This document shows positions 9,121 through 19,517 of a stretch of 25,101 bases of DNA, one piece after another. The stretch spans positions 1 through 25,101 of the forward strand of contig RHPI01002071.1 in NCBI GenBank assembly GCA_009103225.1, read 5' to 3'. Within the stretch, counting starts at the first letter, position 1; each line of letters begins with the position of its first letter. A program made the translations under genes and the position numbers. The notes below the pieces were generated by a model, which was not told the DNA's origin, did not search any database, and was given only the letters and a program-made list of their open reading frames with translations. The stretch comes from Chlorokybus atmophyticus (taxonomy: Eukaryota > Plantae > Mesostigma and Chlorokybus algae).

Positions 9121-10378
9121 TAGTCAGTGTCCAGTGCGGAGTTGCTAAGGCAACCAGAGTGTTGCCTTTGTTTGATGTGTTCGAGTGGGCATGAAGTTAG
9201 CATGAGCTAACAGGTCAGCGAGTAGGTGGTAAGGCGTTGTTGGCCTTAGACATCCTAAGTGCCCGGTCGGAGAGCAGCAGATAATATAACGGTGTGACTA
9301 CCACCTTCAAGATGTGGTGGCAATTAATTGCCAGCCTTGCAAGAACTTCTTGCAAGCGTGTGGGGTTAGGGTTGCTTGGCTAAAGTTGTGAAAGGGTGCT
9401 TTCCCCATTCACTCCCTTGTGGGTTGTTGCCTGTTGCGAGGTGTGTTGTAAAGTTCAGGTGCTTGTGCAAAAGCCTTCTGCACAAGCACCTCATAAACGA
9501 TTCTTGACCCTCACCAGCAGGTAAGTGAGTTCTTAACGTGATACCAACGATCTGTGAGCATTTGGCACAGCTGAGACGACTTGAGATGAATCTATTTCGT
9601 CAGTTGAACCAAATGTTTTCAACCATAAGTGCACTCGGGAGCTGCGCGATATAACGCTTTCGAAAACGATGGTAGCGAGGCTGCATGCATGCAGCCACTA
9701 CATTGCAGAATAGTGCAACACATGTTTTACAACCGCTTGTACATTTGAGATCAACCAAGCGAAGGTTGCCATAACCTATTTCTTAAGTTGAACTCATATC
9801 TAGCTAAAAGTGTTCATAACCATAGTCGGGCAAATAGAACATATGCCGAGAGTTATACCCTATGAAACCGGCAACATGTTCCAACCATATATCAATAGAC
9901 CAAAAGTTTGAGCGGGTAGTTTGCGAAGCTAGAACACAACACATAAATCAATGTAGATGAGCTGGATTACCAGTATGAGCGTCTGCACCACAGGATCTTT
10001 ATGCTACATCCAAAAGCAGCAATTGGACATAGGCTTTCAATTACAACAATGACAAGCCACCACTCAATCCGCTCGTCGTGATATTGTTGCGCCTCACACA
10101 TAGCGCCTGACACATGTAGGCTACATTGCTCTCACTACTTGTATATGTAGGCAAGAATCATTACAAGTTATGCAAAACAACCCACAAGCACAATCAATCG
10201 TTGATACGACACTGATGGCGGGGCACCCTGTCAGCAACACATAGCATAGCAGCACGACGCCTCTATGGCAGCTATATATAACCAATCAGGAGCTAACGTG
10301 GCTGCAACACCGATGCCACCGTTATAGCCACTTATGTACATAATACACTTTTAACGATACGCAAACAAGCGCAAACGA

Positions 10379-11212
10379 CTAGTATGCACTGGTAAACTGC
10401 GGCGTGAAGTGGTCGAGTCTTCTGGCAGCCAGCAGATCTGATAGATGCACGTTGAGAGGTGAGAAGAAGCCTCGCAGCAGCGCTTCCGTGTTGCGGTCGA
10501 TTGTACGCTCCACGTCGCAGGTGTGCTGTATCTCTTCCGGCCTCCCGCGAATGACCTCAGGCAAACTGTCCAAGTTCTCCGGCACAGGTAAGTCCAAGAA
10601 CTGGAGCATCTGCGTGTACGCGCACATGAGGTCGTGTGTGCATGTGCGTGTGCATGTGCGTGTGTTCCCTTAGGCGGTTGTGTTGTTATGAACGCATATG
10701 GAGGACCAAACAGCGCCTGGGCATTGTGCATGAGAAAGCTTACCTCTCTTAAGGTGTCGGCGTGGCTGTCTTGCAAGTCGTGGTTGTCTATGAAATGGAA
10801 CTGCGAGGGTTTAAAGGCCAGCAGCCAGCTGCTCAGCTGCCACGCATACGCCGCTTGCCAGAATGCAGGCGGGAGACACGGATACACGATCTGATGGTCA
10901 CACAAAGTTGTGAGCATGGACATCACCATCATGCGTGAAGAGAATGGCTGACTTATGCGTGAGCACTGCACTACAACCACGTGCACCCACCTGACGAGCG
11001 TCCTTGTTGGGAGACCCGCTGTTTTCACGCACGCACTGCATCACCCTCGCCACCTCCCTCGCAACCCACTGGCTGAAAGACACCTCGCATGGAATCTTGA
11101 AAGCATACCTGTTTGTGAGAAGACTGGTCTTGCGCACACAAGTGTGTACGAGAGCGAGAGAGCGAGAGAGCGAGAGAGCGAGAGCGAGCGAGAGCGAGCG
11201 AGAGCGAGCGAG

Positions 11213-11267
<55 letters not shown>

Positions 11268-12136
11268 GAGAGGGAGAGAGAGACGCATCACCCACTCACT
11301 TGGGGTGCCTGCCGATGTGGTTGAACCACGACAGAGTCCGTGTGAGCGGGTCCCTTAGCACCACGAGCAGCTTGATCCTAGCCGCGAGCGCGGGCCCGTA
11401 CGCGCGCAGCAGCCGTCCCAGCGTCTGCGTGTTGGACAGATACCCTGGCGTGGCATCCATGAGGTACCTCACATCACCCTCCTCCACCTCCTTGCAAGGC
11501 GGAAACAGGTTGCTGTAGGCTGTAAGGACCTCCCCTGAGTCCGTGGCGTGGGGCTCAGTGCCCAGTGTCACCCTGCTGTCGAAGAAGTGGACCTCCTTGA
11601 CATCGCTGCGCACGGCACCGCGCGTGTAGCGAGCGTCCGTCAGGTATGCCCATAAAGCTGTTGAACCAGACTTGCCAGCGCCGATGAAGAAAAGGTTGGA
11701 AAGAGCGCGACCGCTACGAGAGTAGCAGAGAAGGCTCGTGGCGGGATTCAAGACCTGGGCGGGATTGTGGGTATGTGTGTCCGCGCTTTGGTGCTTGTCG
11801 TGTTTGTGAGCATAACTTGCCGATGCATGTGTTTGCATGCGCATGTACGCACACGCGAGGGGTGCAATGCATGACTGACTCAACTGTGTACTCAGGGGGA
11901 AGCGCGGGGCTCGCCTTGCCATTGAAATTGCGTGCTGAGCGCAGCGTCATGTTGGTGGGCCGCCACGCGGCGTCCACCAGCGCCTTCCAAGTCGCCGCAT
12001 CAAAGTCTGCCACTGTGGACCCGGTGGACTCCGCTTCTGGTGCCGCCCTAGACACGCATACTTGGAGAAGCAGCAGCACACCAACCGCCAGCACCGCCGA
12101 CGACGACCACACTGTGACCGCTGCTCTCGACGCCAT
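10379..12136 (-). CDS. PAPS-dependent sulfotransferase, heparan-sulfate 3-O-sulfotransferase-like, with N-terminal signal peptide or anchor; 5 exons, 388 aa
   Basis: Exons 12136-11880, 11713-11300, 11108-10991, 10890-10744 and 10609-10379 total 1167 bp with no internal stop. All four introns are GT-AG (donors gtcagt, gtgagt, gtgggt, gtaagc). Motifs: 5'-PSB FFIGAGKSGSTAL, KEVHFFD, DATPGY, 3'-PB KLLVVLRDPLTRTLSW, AYAWQLSSWL, FFSPLNVHL. Hydrophobic N-terminus AVLAVGVLLLLQVCV. The intron 1 boundaries are the least certain. Confidence 0.88.
11150..11283. repeat. Compound (GA)n/(GAGC)n microsatellite in intron 2 of the sulfotransferase
   Basis: About 134 bp of GA/GAGC repeats read directly; it lies between the predicted donor (11299) and acceptor (11109). 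Confidence 0.95.
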
Positions 12137-12140
12137 CCCT

Positions 12141-12167
12141 GCCGCCGCCGCCGCCGCCGCCGCCGCC
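12141..12167. repeat. (GCC)9 trinucleotide repeat just upstream of the sulfotransferase start codon
   Basis: Nine perfect GCC units; on the sense strand (GGC)9 ends 4 nt before the ATG at 12136. Confidence 0.9.
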
Positions 12168-13053
12168 TGGACGCAGTTTCTCACGCCATTGCCAGCTGCG
12201 GTCACAGCAGTCAGAGTGGCACATCACATCACATCGAATGACTACCCCGCAAGCGAGAGGGCGTGTACGGCACTACTTGTGCCTTCTTCTTGGCCACGTG
12301 CGGCTTTGGCAGCAGCGGGCGTGATCAATACCAGGTAAGTACCAGGTACCAGGTAGGTGAGATTAGTTGATGATAAGCATACATGTACCCAGTTTAGGCC
12401 CTCATAGCCCCCGTAGCGGCCTCGCTTTGTTTTTGGGGTGATCCTGGAGGGGGCACGTTTTGGTAAAATAGGGCAGCAAAATGGGGTTGAAGCTGACATG
12501 GCGGAGGAGACAAGGGGAAAATCCGGAAGTTTTCATTTGTTGAGCTCTACACCGACAATTGTCAATTGTGAGCATACGGCGGTCGTGTCCCGGAGGGCTC
12601 CTGCCATGCGTTCCCTGTCACGTCGCCTACTTGGTTAAGATCTCAATAATCTTATAGCATGAACGCGTAACTTTAGTGTAATTGACAAATTCTGAATTAC
12701 GCCCTTGCCGCAAGTCCTTCACATCCGCTAGCGACCCTCCACCAAGTATTTGCCGTATCTATAAATGGATTGAATCATATCATCACATGCATTGTGAACA
12801 TGGATGCATTTGCGCAACGACAATTAACATATGTTTCATTGTTGACATATCATGATAAAATTATCAATTTCATGCATTGGAATGAAAATACACCTAACAA
12901 CACTTTGACTTATGTGCTTCTTAGCTTGATTCAATTGATAAGCAGAGGTCTTAAAGCTTCAATGGTTGCAAATTGCGCTATAACAAATTAAATTACCTAA
13001 TACCAAGCATATAATATTGTGATATAATATTGTATGTGCATTTACACTCACAT

Positions 13054-13152
13054 GTATATATATAAATATATGTGTGTGTGTGTATATGAATATTTATATG
13101 TATATATACCCATATGTATACACTTATATACATATATATGTATGGATATATA
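13054..13152. repeat. Low-complexity TA/TG dinucleotide-rich tract
   Basis: Interrupted (TA)n and (TG)n runs in an AT-rich intergenic segment. Confidence 0.7.
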
Positions 13153-13471
13153 CTTACCAACCGTGTGGACACGTTATCATATGTATACTATATATCAAGC
13201 ATAATCAAGATTTTCAGGATAATTATGAATGTCTACGAGATTAAAGTTAACTTAATCACCAAACATAGCAGTTATAATGTATAACATAATTATAAATTAT
13301 GATACAATTGTACAATACTTGTTGGCTTGAGCGTTTGTATGTATTGATTACATGCTGGCCTGCACACTCCCACCATCACACACTTATCTGCAGGGATGCT
13401 TTATATTTTATAAACAGCGCGAGAGCGCGCAAATGTATCTATCTGCGCTAATGGCGATGTGGAACGCTGCG

Positions 13472-14143
13472 TGTGACGGTGCTCGTGCCTTGTCACCTGT
13501 GAGTTGGTCCAATCCACAACCCTCTCACCAAGACACGGTATTCACACCGGAACCTTGCCCCCTCTGCCAAGCACACACGCGCGCCCCGCCACTCGCGTAC
13601 GCACGCGCATGCGCTCGAAGCTACACACCGACTTGTGTAGCGCCTTGGATCGTCACACAAGCAAGCACACACCGGTGGCCACACGCTAGCAACCCCTGCT
13701 AACCACCACCAAGCTTGCACACCAGAAACTAGGGAGCTACAGGTTGTATTGCAAGTTGTAGAATGTCACTTTTATACCTACCAGTCTGCACATGCTACTG
13801 TCTAGACGATTCTAGCGCTAGACGGAACTAGAAGCTAAGATATTCTTGCAGAATCTTGTAGTACACTTCTAGACCTTTCCAACGCACCAAAGATCTCCTA
13901 ATTTGCTGCTCATATGGTCAAGTTATACTACTTGGCGCCAGGCCCTTCCAGAAATCTGGTCGAGCCCTTCTCGACTGGCCCTCCGTTTTCTGGCACCTTC
14001 CGGACTGGTCTTGGGGCCCCGGTCGATATCCGCGGCAGACTCATAACTCGCCGATATCCGCCACAAGTCATTAAAAACATGTACCTTACAAATAAGGCCT
14101 AAAACGGCCATGAAAATCACAGAATTTGGCCTTGACTGTTACA
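13472..14143 (-). repeat. 3' LTR of the chromovirus (672 bp)
   Basis: Direct repeat of 18846-19517 at offset 5374; differs only at 13725 (G vs A) and 13740 (C vs A). Confidence 0.98.
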
Positions 14144-14156
14144 CTCCTCCCCCCCC
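14144..14156 (-). promoter_or_regulatory. Polypurine tract
   Basis: GGGGGGGGAGGAG on the - strand directly abutting the TG of the 3' LTR. Confidence 0.92.
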
Positions 14157-14198
14157 AGGTGAGCTTCGTCCTCGAAGCTCGCGAGGTTGTCGTCGAGC

Positions 14199-14348
14199 AA
14201 GATAGGCACGCACAACGTCTTGAGCATTAGTCAAGTGTGCCTCTGGCTCCCAGGATGCTTCATGCAACGGATAGCCCTTCCATTTCACTAAGAACTTGCG
14301 TACGCCATGCACAAACTTCTCACCAAGGATGTCTTCTACCTCCCACTC
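14199..14348 (-). other. Chromodomain at the integrase C-terminus with an intact aromatic cage
   Basis: EWEVEDIL...FLVKWKGY...SWEPEAHL; W, W and Y occupy the three cage positions of HP1-type chromodomains. Confidence 0.9.
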
Positions 14349-17300
14349 GGGTTCACCGTCCGTGCCAACTTCGGGGGGTGGCCTTTCTGGCGGTTGTCCT
14401 CGATATGCTTTCAGAAGGGAGACGTGAAAAACGGGGTGCACACGCATGGTGTCGGGTAGCTCCAACTTGTACGCCACGTCCGAGATAACTTTGCTGACCT
14501 TAAATGGTCCCAACCAGCGTTCATTCAGCTTGCGAACTCCCGTACGCACCTGGACGTGCTTCGCGGAGAGTAACACAATGTCGCCTTCCTGAAACGTGAG
14601 GTGTCGGCGATGCGCGTCCGCGTACTGCTTCTGCCGATTTTGTGCCACCAATAACGCATCCCTAGCTGCCTTGTTAATGTCCGCGCACTTTGTAAGGAAG
14701 TCATTAGCTGCCTCCACACGCACGTCATGTCGTCGCGGTGTCCATGCCGTCAACGGTGTCAATGGATGTTGCCCGTAGTTCATAAGGAAGGGAGTGACAC
14801 CTGTGCTTGCATTGTGGTGGTTGTTGATCGCAAACTCAACCAACTCAAGCAGCTCCTCCCAATTGTCTTGTCGCGCGTTAACGTAGCAACGCAGCATGTC
14901 CTCGATCACACGGTTGGCCCGCTCCGTTTGCCCATCAGTTTGCGGGTGGAATGCCGTGCTAAACTTCAGTGTGGTACCCAGTGCACTATGCAGCGCCTCC
15001 CAAAACTTACTTGTAAAGCGCGGGTCGCGATCACTCACAATGCTTCGTGGTAATCCATGAGAACGAAATACATGCTTCACGAACAAGCGTGCTGCCTCCG
15101 GTGCCGTGCAAGACTCACTACACGGTGCCAAGCGTACCATTTTGCTGGTTTTATCGACGAACACAAGTATAGCGTCGTACCCTTCTTTTGTCTTTGGTAG
15201 CCCCGTGATAAAGTCCATGGTAACTTGCTCCCACTTGGACAATGGCACAGGGAGAGGTTGCAGCAACCCACCTGGCTTTTGGTTGCTTGCCTTCACCCTT
15301 TGGCATGCGTCGCACAACGCCACGTAGTCGCGCACATCGCGATGCATCTCTCGCCAGTAAAAACGCTGTTTTAAGCTTGCCAAAGTCCTTTCCAACCCTT
15401 GGTGACCAGCAATGGGCACGTCATGAGCTTCCTTCAGCAACTTCACACGGATATGCGCGACGTTGGGGATGTACAAGCGCCCATGGTGCCACAGCAGCCC
15501 GTCGCGCATTGACCAGTGCCCACTTGTGTCCGTAGCTGTATTTTCCAGCTCTTGCAACACTTTCATACCCTCCGTGTCTTCACGAAGCACTTGCCGAATC
15601 TGGTCGGTCCACTCGGGCTGCACTTGAGCGAGTGCCTCAATTGCATTAAGCCGGCTCAGCGCGTCAGCAACACCATTTGACGTACCGGGCTTGTACTTGA
15701 TATCGAAGTCAAAAAGTTGAAAGAACTCAAGCCATCGAGCTTGTCTGCGACTCAGATGAGGTTGTGTTTGTAAGTACCTCAGTGGAGAGTGATCCGTCTC
15801 AAGCACGAACTTTTTGCCTTCCAAAAAACAACGCCATTGTCGTAGCGCCATGACTTGCGCTAAAAGTTCCTTCTCGTGCACGGGGTAATTCAGCTCCGCA
15901 CCACTCATCTTCTTGCTGAAGAATGCTACTGGTTGAAGGCCGTTGCCATGGTCTTGCTGCAAAACAGCTCCTACGGCTGTGTCGGACGCGTCGCAAGCCA
16001 AAATAAATGTCTTTTCCATGTTGGGGTGAGCCAGGACTGGTGCCTCCGTCAGCGCCTTCTTCAACGCAGCAAATGCATGTTCCTCTGTTGCTGACCAGCT
16101 CCAATGCTTTCCCTTCTTGAGTAGGGTAGTCAAGGGAGCAGCTATGCGCGAAAACCCCATGATAAACTTGCGATAATACCCCGCAAGGCCTAAAAAGGAC
16201 ATCACCTCCTTTACATTGGTCGGGGCAGCCCACTCGCGCACCACCTGCACTTTGTTGGGGTCCGGCTTGATGCCTTCATGCGACACAATGTGGCCTAGGT
16301 ACTCCACCTCTCGAAGCAAGAATTTGCACTTCTGTAGCTGGGCGTACAACTTGTGTTCGCGCAAACGCTGCAACACGCGCCGTAGAAGTGCCACGTGCTC
16401 CTCCTTTGTTGTCGCGTACACCAAAATGTCGTCGAGGTACACGAGGACTCCCTTACCAATCAAGTCAGCAAAAACGCTGTTCATAAGCGTTTGAAATGTT
16501 GCCGGTGCGTTCGTAAGTCCGAAGGACATGACCAACCACTCGTAGTGCCCATAACGTGTGTTAAAAGCTGTTTTCTCCACATCCTCGGGCGCGATGCGAA
16601 TTTGGTGATAACCTCCAGCAAGATCAAGTGTTGTGAAGTACTGCGCACCTTGCAATTGCTCCAGCAACTCGTCGATACGTGGGAGTGGAAAGCAATTCCT
16701 CTTCGTGATGTTGTTGAGAGCTCGGTAGTCGACGCACATGCGCAAGCTCCCGTTCTTCTTTCGTACAAACAAAATAGGTGCACCATAGGGGACTTACTAA
16801 GCCTGATGTAGCCTCTTTCCAGCAAGTCCGCCACTTGCCTCTTGGCCTCTTCCAGTTCCAAAGGTGACAACTTGTATACGGGTCGATATGGTGGCTTGTG
16901 CACGCCCTCAATCAGCTCCACACGGTGGTCTACGCTCCGTGGAGGTGGTAGACCAGATGGAAGTCCGTCCACCATGATATCTTGGTATTCTTTAACAAGT
17001 TTACACACCTCGGGGTCCATAGTAGCCGTCTGAACATCGTCACTCAGCTCCGGTGCTGACTTTGCAGTGTTTTCGCGCACCACGCACAACCATGCAGCCT
17101 TTGCCTTCCGTGGAGACAATAACTTCCTCAATTGCACATAAGAGATCTGGGCAATTGTCGTACCACCTAATTGTGCGTGCCGCGCCTCGATGACGTCCGA
17201 TGCAGCTTGAATGGACTCTCCACCGTTTCGCTCGATGGTGAGCACGCGCTTCCTCCAATTGATGGCTGGATTATGTTGCCATAGCCACGGTAGTCCCAAA

Positions 17301-17688
17301 ATCCCATCAAACCCGTTCCGTAGGGTGATGCAGCAAAATCGCATGCTCTCCTTCATCTTCCCAATGCGAACGCACAACTCTTTGGTCATAAACGCAGCGC
17401 CATCACCTCCAGAGGGTGGCTCTCCATCAGCGAGCTTCACTTCACCTCCTCGTAATGACGAAAGCCAACCGTAACGCCGCGCAATATCAATACTCATAAA
17501 GTTGCTGTTGGCACCGCTATCAATCATGAGCTTACACTCTCTCCATCGTCCTTGGTCATCGCAAATGTGTGCTCGAAGCCCGAAGTACTTTGTTGTCTCC
17601 TCGTTTGCATAACTCACCACCATTGGCGCGTTCAAAGCCATCTCCTCTTGCTTCTTTAATGGAAATGTCACAGCATCCGTCCGTGCAT

Positions 17689-17746
17689 GAGGCTCCTTCC
17701 TATCCCCAGCAGTAGCCTCCTCACTTACTGGGGGAAGTCATTTCCC
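17689..17746 (-). promoter_or_regulatory. Gag-Pol -1 ribosomal frameshift signal (slippery heptamer plus putative pseudoknot)
   Basis: G GGA AAU (17746-17740) in the gag frame, a 5-nt spacer, stem 1 cccccagta/tactg-ct-gggg and stem 2 gaggc/gcctc. The pol frame is -1 relative to gag. Pairings read by eye. Confidence 0.7.
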
Positions 17747-18751
17747 TGCTCCACGCCATTTTGCTTCATGGTGTTGACGCGACGATCACGGCAAGGGTTG
17801 CCATCCGGTGTTGGCCTTTGCGTGCTTCGTTTGGGGCATCCGTACGCCAAATGCTCCGTCGACCCACACGCATAAGACTTGCGCACACCTTTACCTCTTT
17901 CACCACGTCCGCCGTACTTCGCCTCACTTCCATGCGTGTGTATGGCACCCACCTCCATTGGTGCAAGCCCAGAGTCAGCTCCACCTCCATTAGCAAGTGC
18001 TAAACTTGGTTCTCCTCGTCTCCATGCATGTTGAAAGCCTCCCCGGGGCTGATCACCATGCCTTTGCCTCCAGTCAGTGTTTCTTGTGGTGGACTTGAAG
18101 TACAACGCGTCGAGACGCTCCGCGATGCGTATAGCCTCCGAGTGTCTTCAGATCCCGTAGCTCCACTTCTTTACGCCCTAAAGGTTTTAAACCACGTGTA
18201 TACCTGTCCGACTGCTCCTCCTCGGTCATATTGGGTATGGACATCACCAATCGCTGAAACGCGGCCGTGTACGCCATCACCGACCCCATTTGCACAAGGG
18301 CTGCAAGTTTGTCGCGTGCGGCCTTCACGCTCTCAACGGGAACAAATTGATGCCTGACCTCCAGTGCCAACTCTTCCATGGTGGTCAATGGTAGCGCCAA
18401 CCCGTTTGCAACACGCGTACATCGATGCCTCCACCACACAAGTGCTGCACCTTCAAGCAATGTCGCTGCAACCTCCACGTGCAGATGCGTGGGCACCTCC
18501 GTGAGCTTCAACCAAGACGATACTTGAAAAATCCATTCATCCACTGCATCTCCATCACGTTGACCCCTGAATGGCTTGGGCTTTGGCACCTTCACATGCA
18601 CGCGCGAGCTTGATGCCATGGGAATTTGTACACGCGCCATCGCATGCTCATACGCCTCGCGTTGTGCTTGTGCCGCCGCTTGAGTGTGATGAAGCTCTTC
18701 CCTCAGTGCCAAGATGGCAGCTTGAAGCTCTTCCATGCGAGCATCCTCCAT
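17725..18751 (-). pseudogene. gag: Chromovirus gag with a frameshift and a degenerate zinc knuckle
   Basis: PKPKPFRG, LLEGAALVWW, ARDKLAALVQ and YTRGLKP are typical Ty3 gag motifs. A frameshift near 18139 joins ORF 18074-18802 to ORF 17725-18105. The knuckle reads SYACGSTEHLAYGC (17836-17877), with Ser at the first Cys position. Confidence 0.9.
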
Positions 18752-18831
18752 CTCCACTAACACACTACACTCCGCTTCCGAATGAAAAGTGTAAACGCCC
18801 ACACACTTCCTCTCTCACCTTCGTAAACCGT

Positions 18832-18843
18832 GCTCCGATACCA
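18832..18843 (-). promoter_or_regulatory. Primer-binding site for initiator tRNA-Met
   Basis: TGGTATCGGAGC 2 nt after the 5' LTR; one base different from the plant-type iMet PBS TGGTATCAGAGC (compatible with G-U pairing or a variant host tRNA). Confidence 0.85.
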
Positions 18844-18845
18844 GT

Positions 18846-19517
18846 TGTGACGGTGCTCGTGCCTTGTCACCTGTGAGTTGGTCCAATCCACAACCCTCTC
18901 ACCAAGACACGGTATTCACACCGGAACCTTGCCCCCTCTGCCAAGCACACACGCGCGCCCCGCCACTCGCGTACGCACGCGCATGCGCTCGAAGCTACAC
19001 ACCGACTTGTGTAGCGCCTTGGATCGTCACACAAGCAAGCACACACCGGTGGCCACACGCTAGCAACCCCTGCTAACCACCACCAAGCTTGCACACCAAA
19101 AACTAGGGAGCTAAAGGTTGTATTGCAAGTTGTAGAATGTCACTTTTATACCTACCAGTCTGCACATGCTACTGTCTAGACGATTCTAGCGCTAGACGGA
19201 ACTAGAAGCTAAGATATTCTTGCAGAATCTTGTAGTACACTTCTAGACCTTTCCAACGCACCAAAGATCTCCTAATTTGCTGCTCATATGGTCAAGTTAT
19301 ACTACTTGGCGCCAGGCCCTTCCAGAAATCTGGTCGAGCCCTTCTCGACTGGCCCTCCGTTTTCTGGCACCTTCCGGACTGGTCTTGGGGCCCCGGTCGA
19401 TATCCGCGGCAGACTCATAACTCGCCGATATCCGCCACAAGTCATTAAAAACATGTACCTTACAAATAAGGCCTAAAACGGCCATGAAAATCACAGAATT
19501 TGGCCTTGACTGTTACA
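18846..19517 (-). repeat. 5' LTR of the chromovirus (672 bp), with a candidate TATA box at 19144-19150
   Basis: Copy of 13472-14143, followed on the - strand by the PBS; TATAAAA on the - strand at 19150-19144. Confidence 0.98.

Larger units (their letters stand above)
14139..17737 (-). pseudogene. pol: Chromovirus pol (protease, RT, RNase H, integrase, chromodomain) with one frameshift
   Basis: LMIDSGANSNF (DSG 17513-17521); one base missing in the G4 run at 16788-16791 (restoring it gives SKSPYGAPILFVRKK). Then an open 877-codon frame (14139-16772) with CVDYRALN, YLDD (16428-16439), CDASD, TDHSPL, H-x6-H...CDAC, MDF, SDRD, TER and WLGPFKV. Confidence 0.95.
13472..19517 (-). mobile_element. 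Structurally complete Ty3/Gypsy chromovirus LTR retrotransposon; recent insertion, coding-defective
   Basis: Two 672-bp LTRs with TG...CA ends and 2 mismatches; 5-bp TSD CTGCG at 13467-13471 and 19518-19522; PBS and PPT; Gag, PR (DSG), RT (YLDD), RNase H, integrase (HHCC, DDE, GPF) and chromodomain. Confidence 0.98.

Noticed and set aside
9035-9546. TGGTATC at 9035 and TGATACCA at 9539-9546 as primer-binding sites
   Set aside because: Only 7-8 nt match tRNA-iMet and no adjacent LTR end is present.
9679-9696. Perfect 18-bp palindrome ggctgcatgcatgcagcc
   Set aside because: Built on a TGCA/CATG low-complexity core that is common in this sequence; no supporting context.
10955-11518. ORFs with ER/SL dipeptide runs
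   Set aside because: Artefacts of translating the intronic (GA)n microsatellite.
12241-12340. Perfect CAG|GTAAGT donor with a short protein-like frame on the + strand
   Set aside because: No start codon in that frame, no downstream exon and no recognisable domain; could be chance or a non-coding divergent transcript.
82-12700. ctgaattac shared by the telomere junction (82-90) and 12692-12700
   Set aside because: A 9-bp match within 25 kb is expected by chance and does not extend.
13493-19494. Identical small ORFs occurring twice (for example 13493-13720 and 18867-19094)
   Set aside because: They are simply the two LTR copies; no coding evidence.
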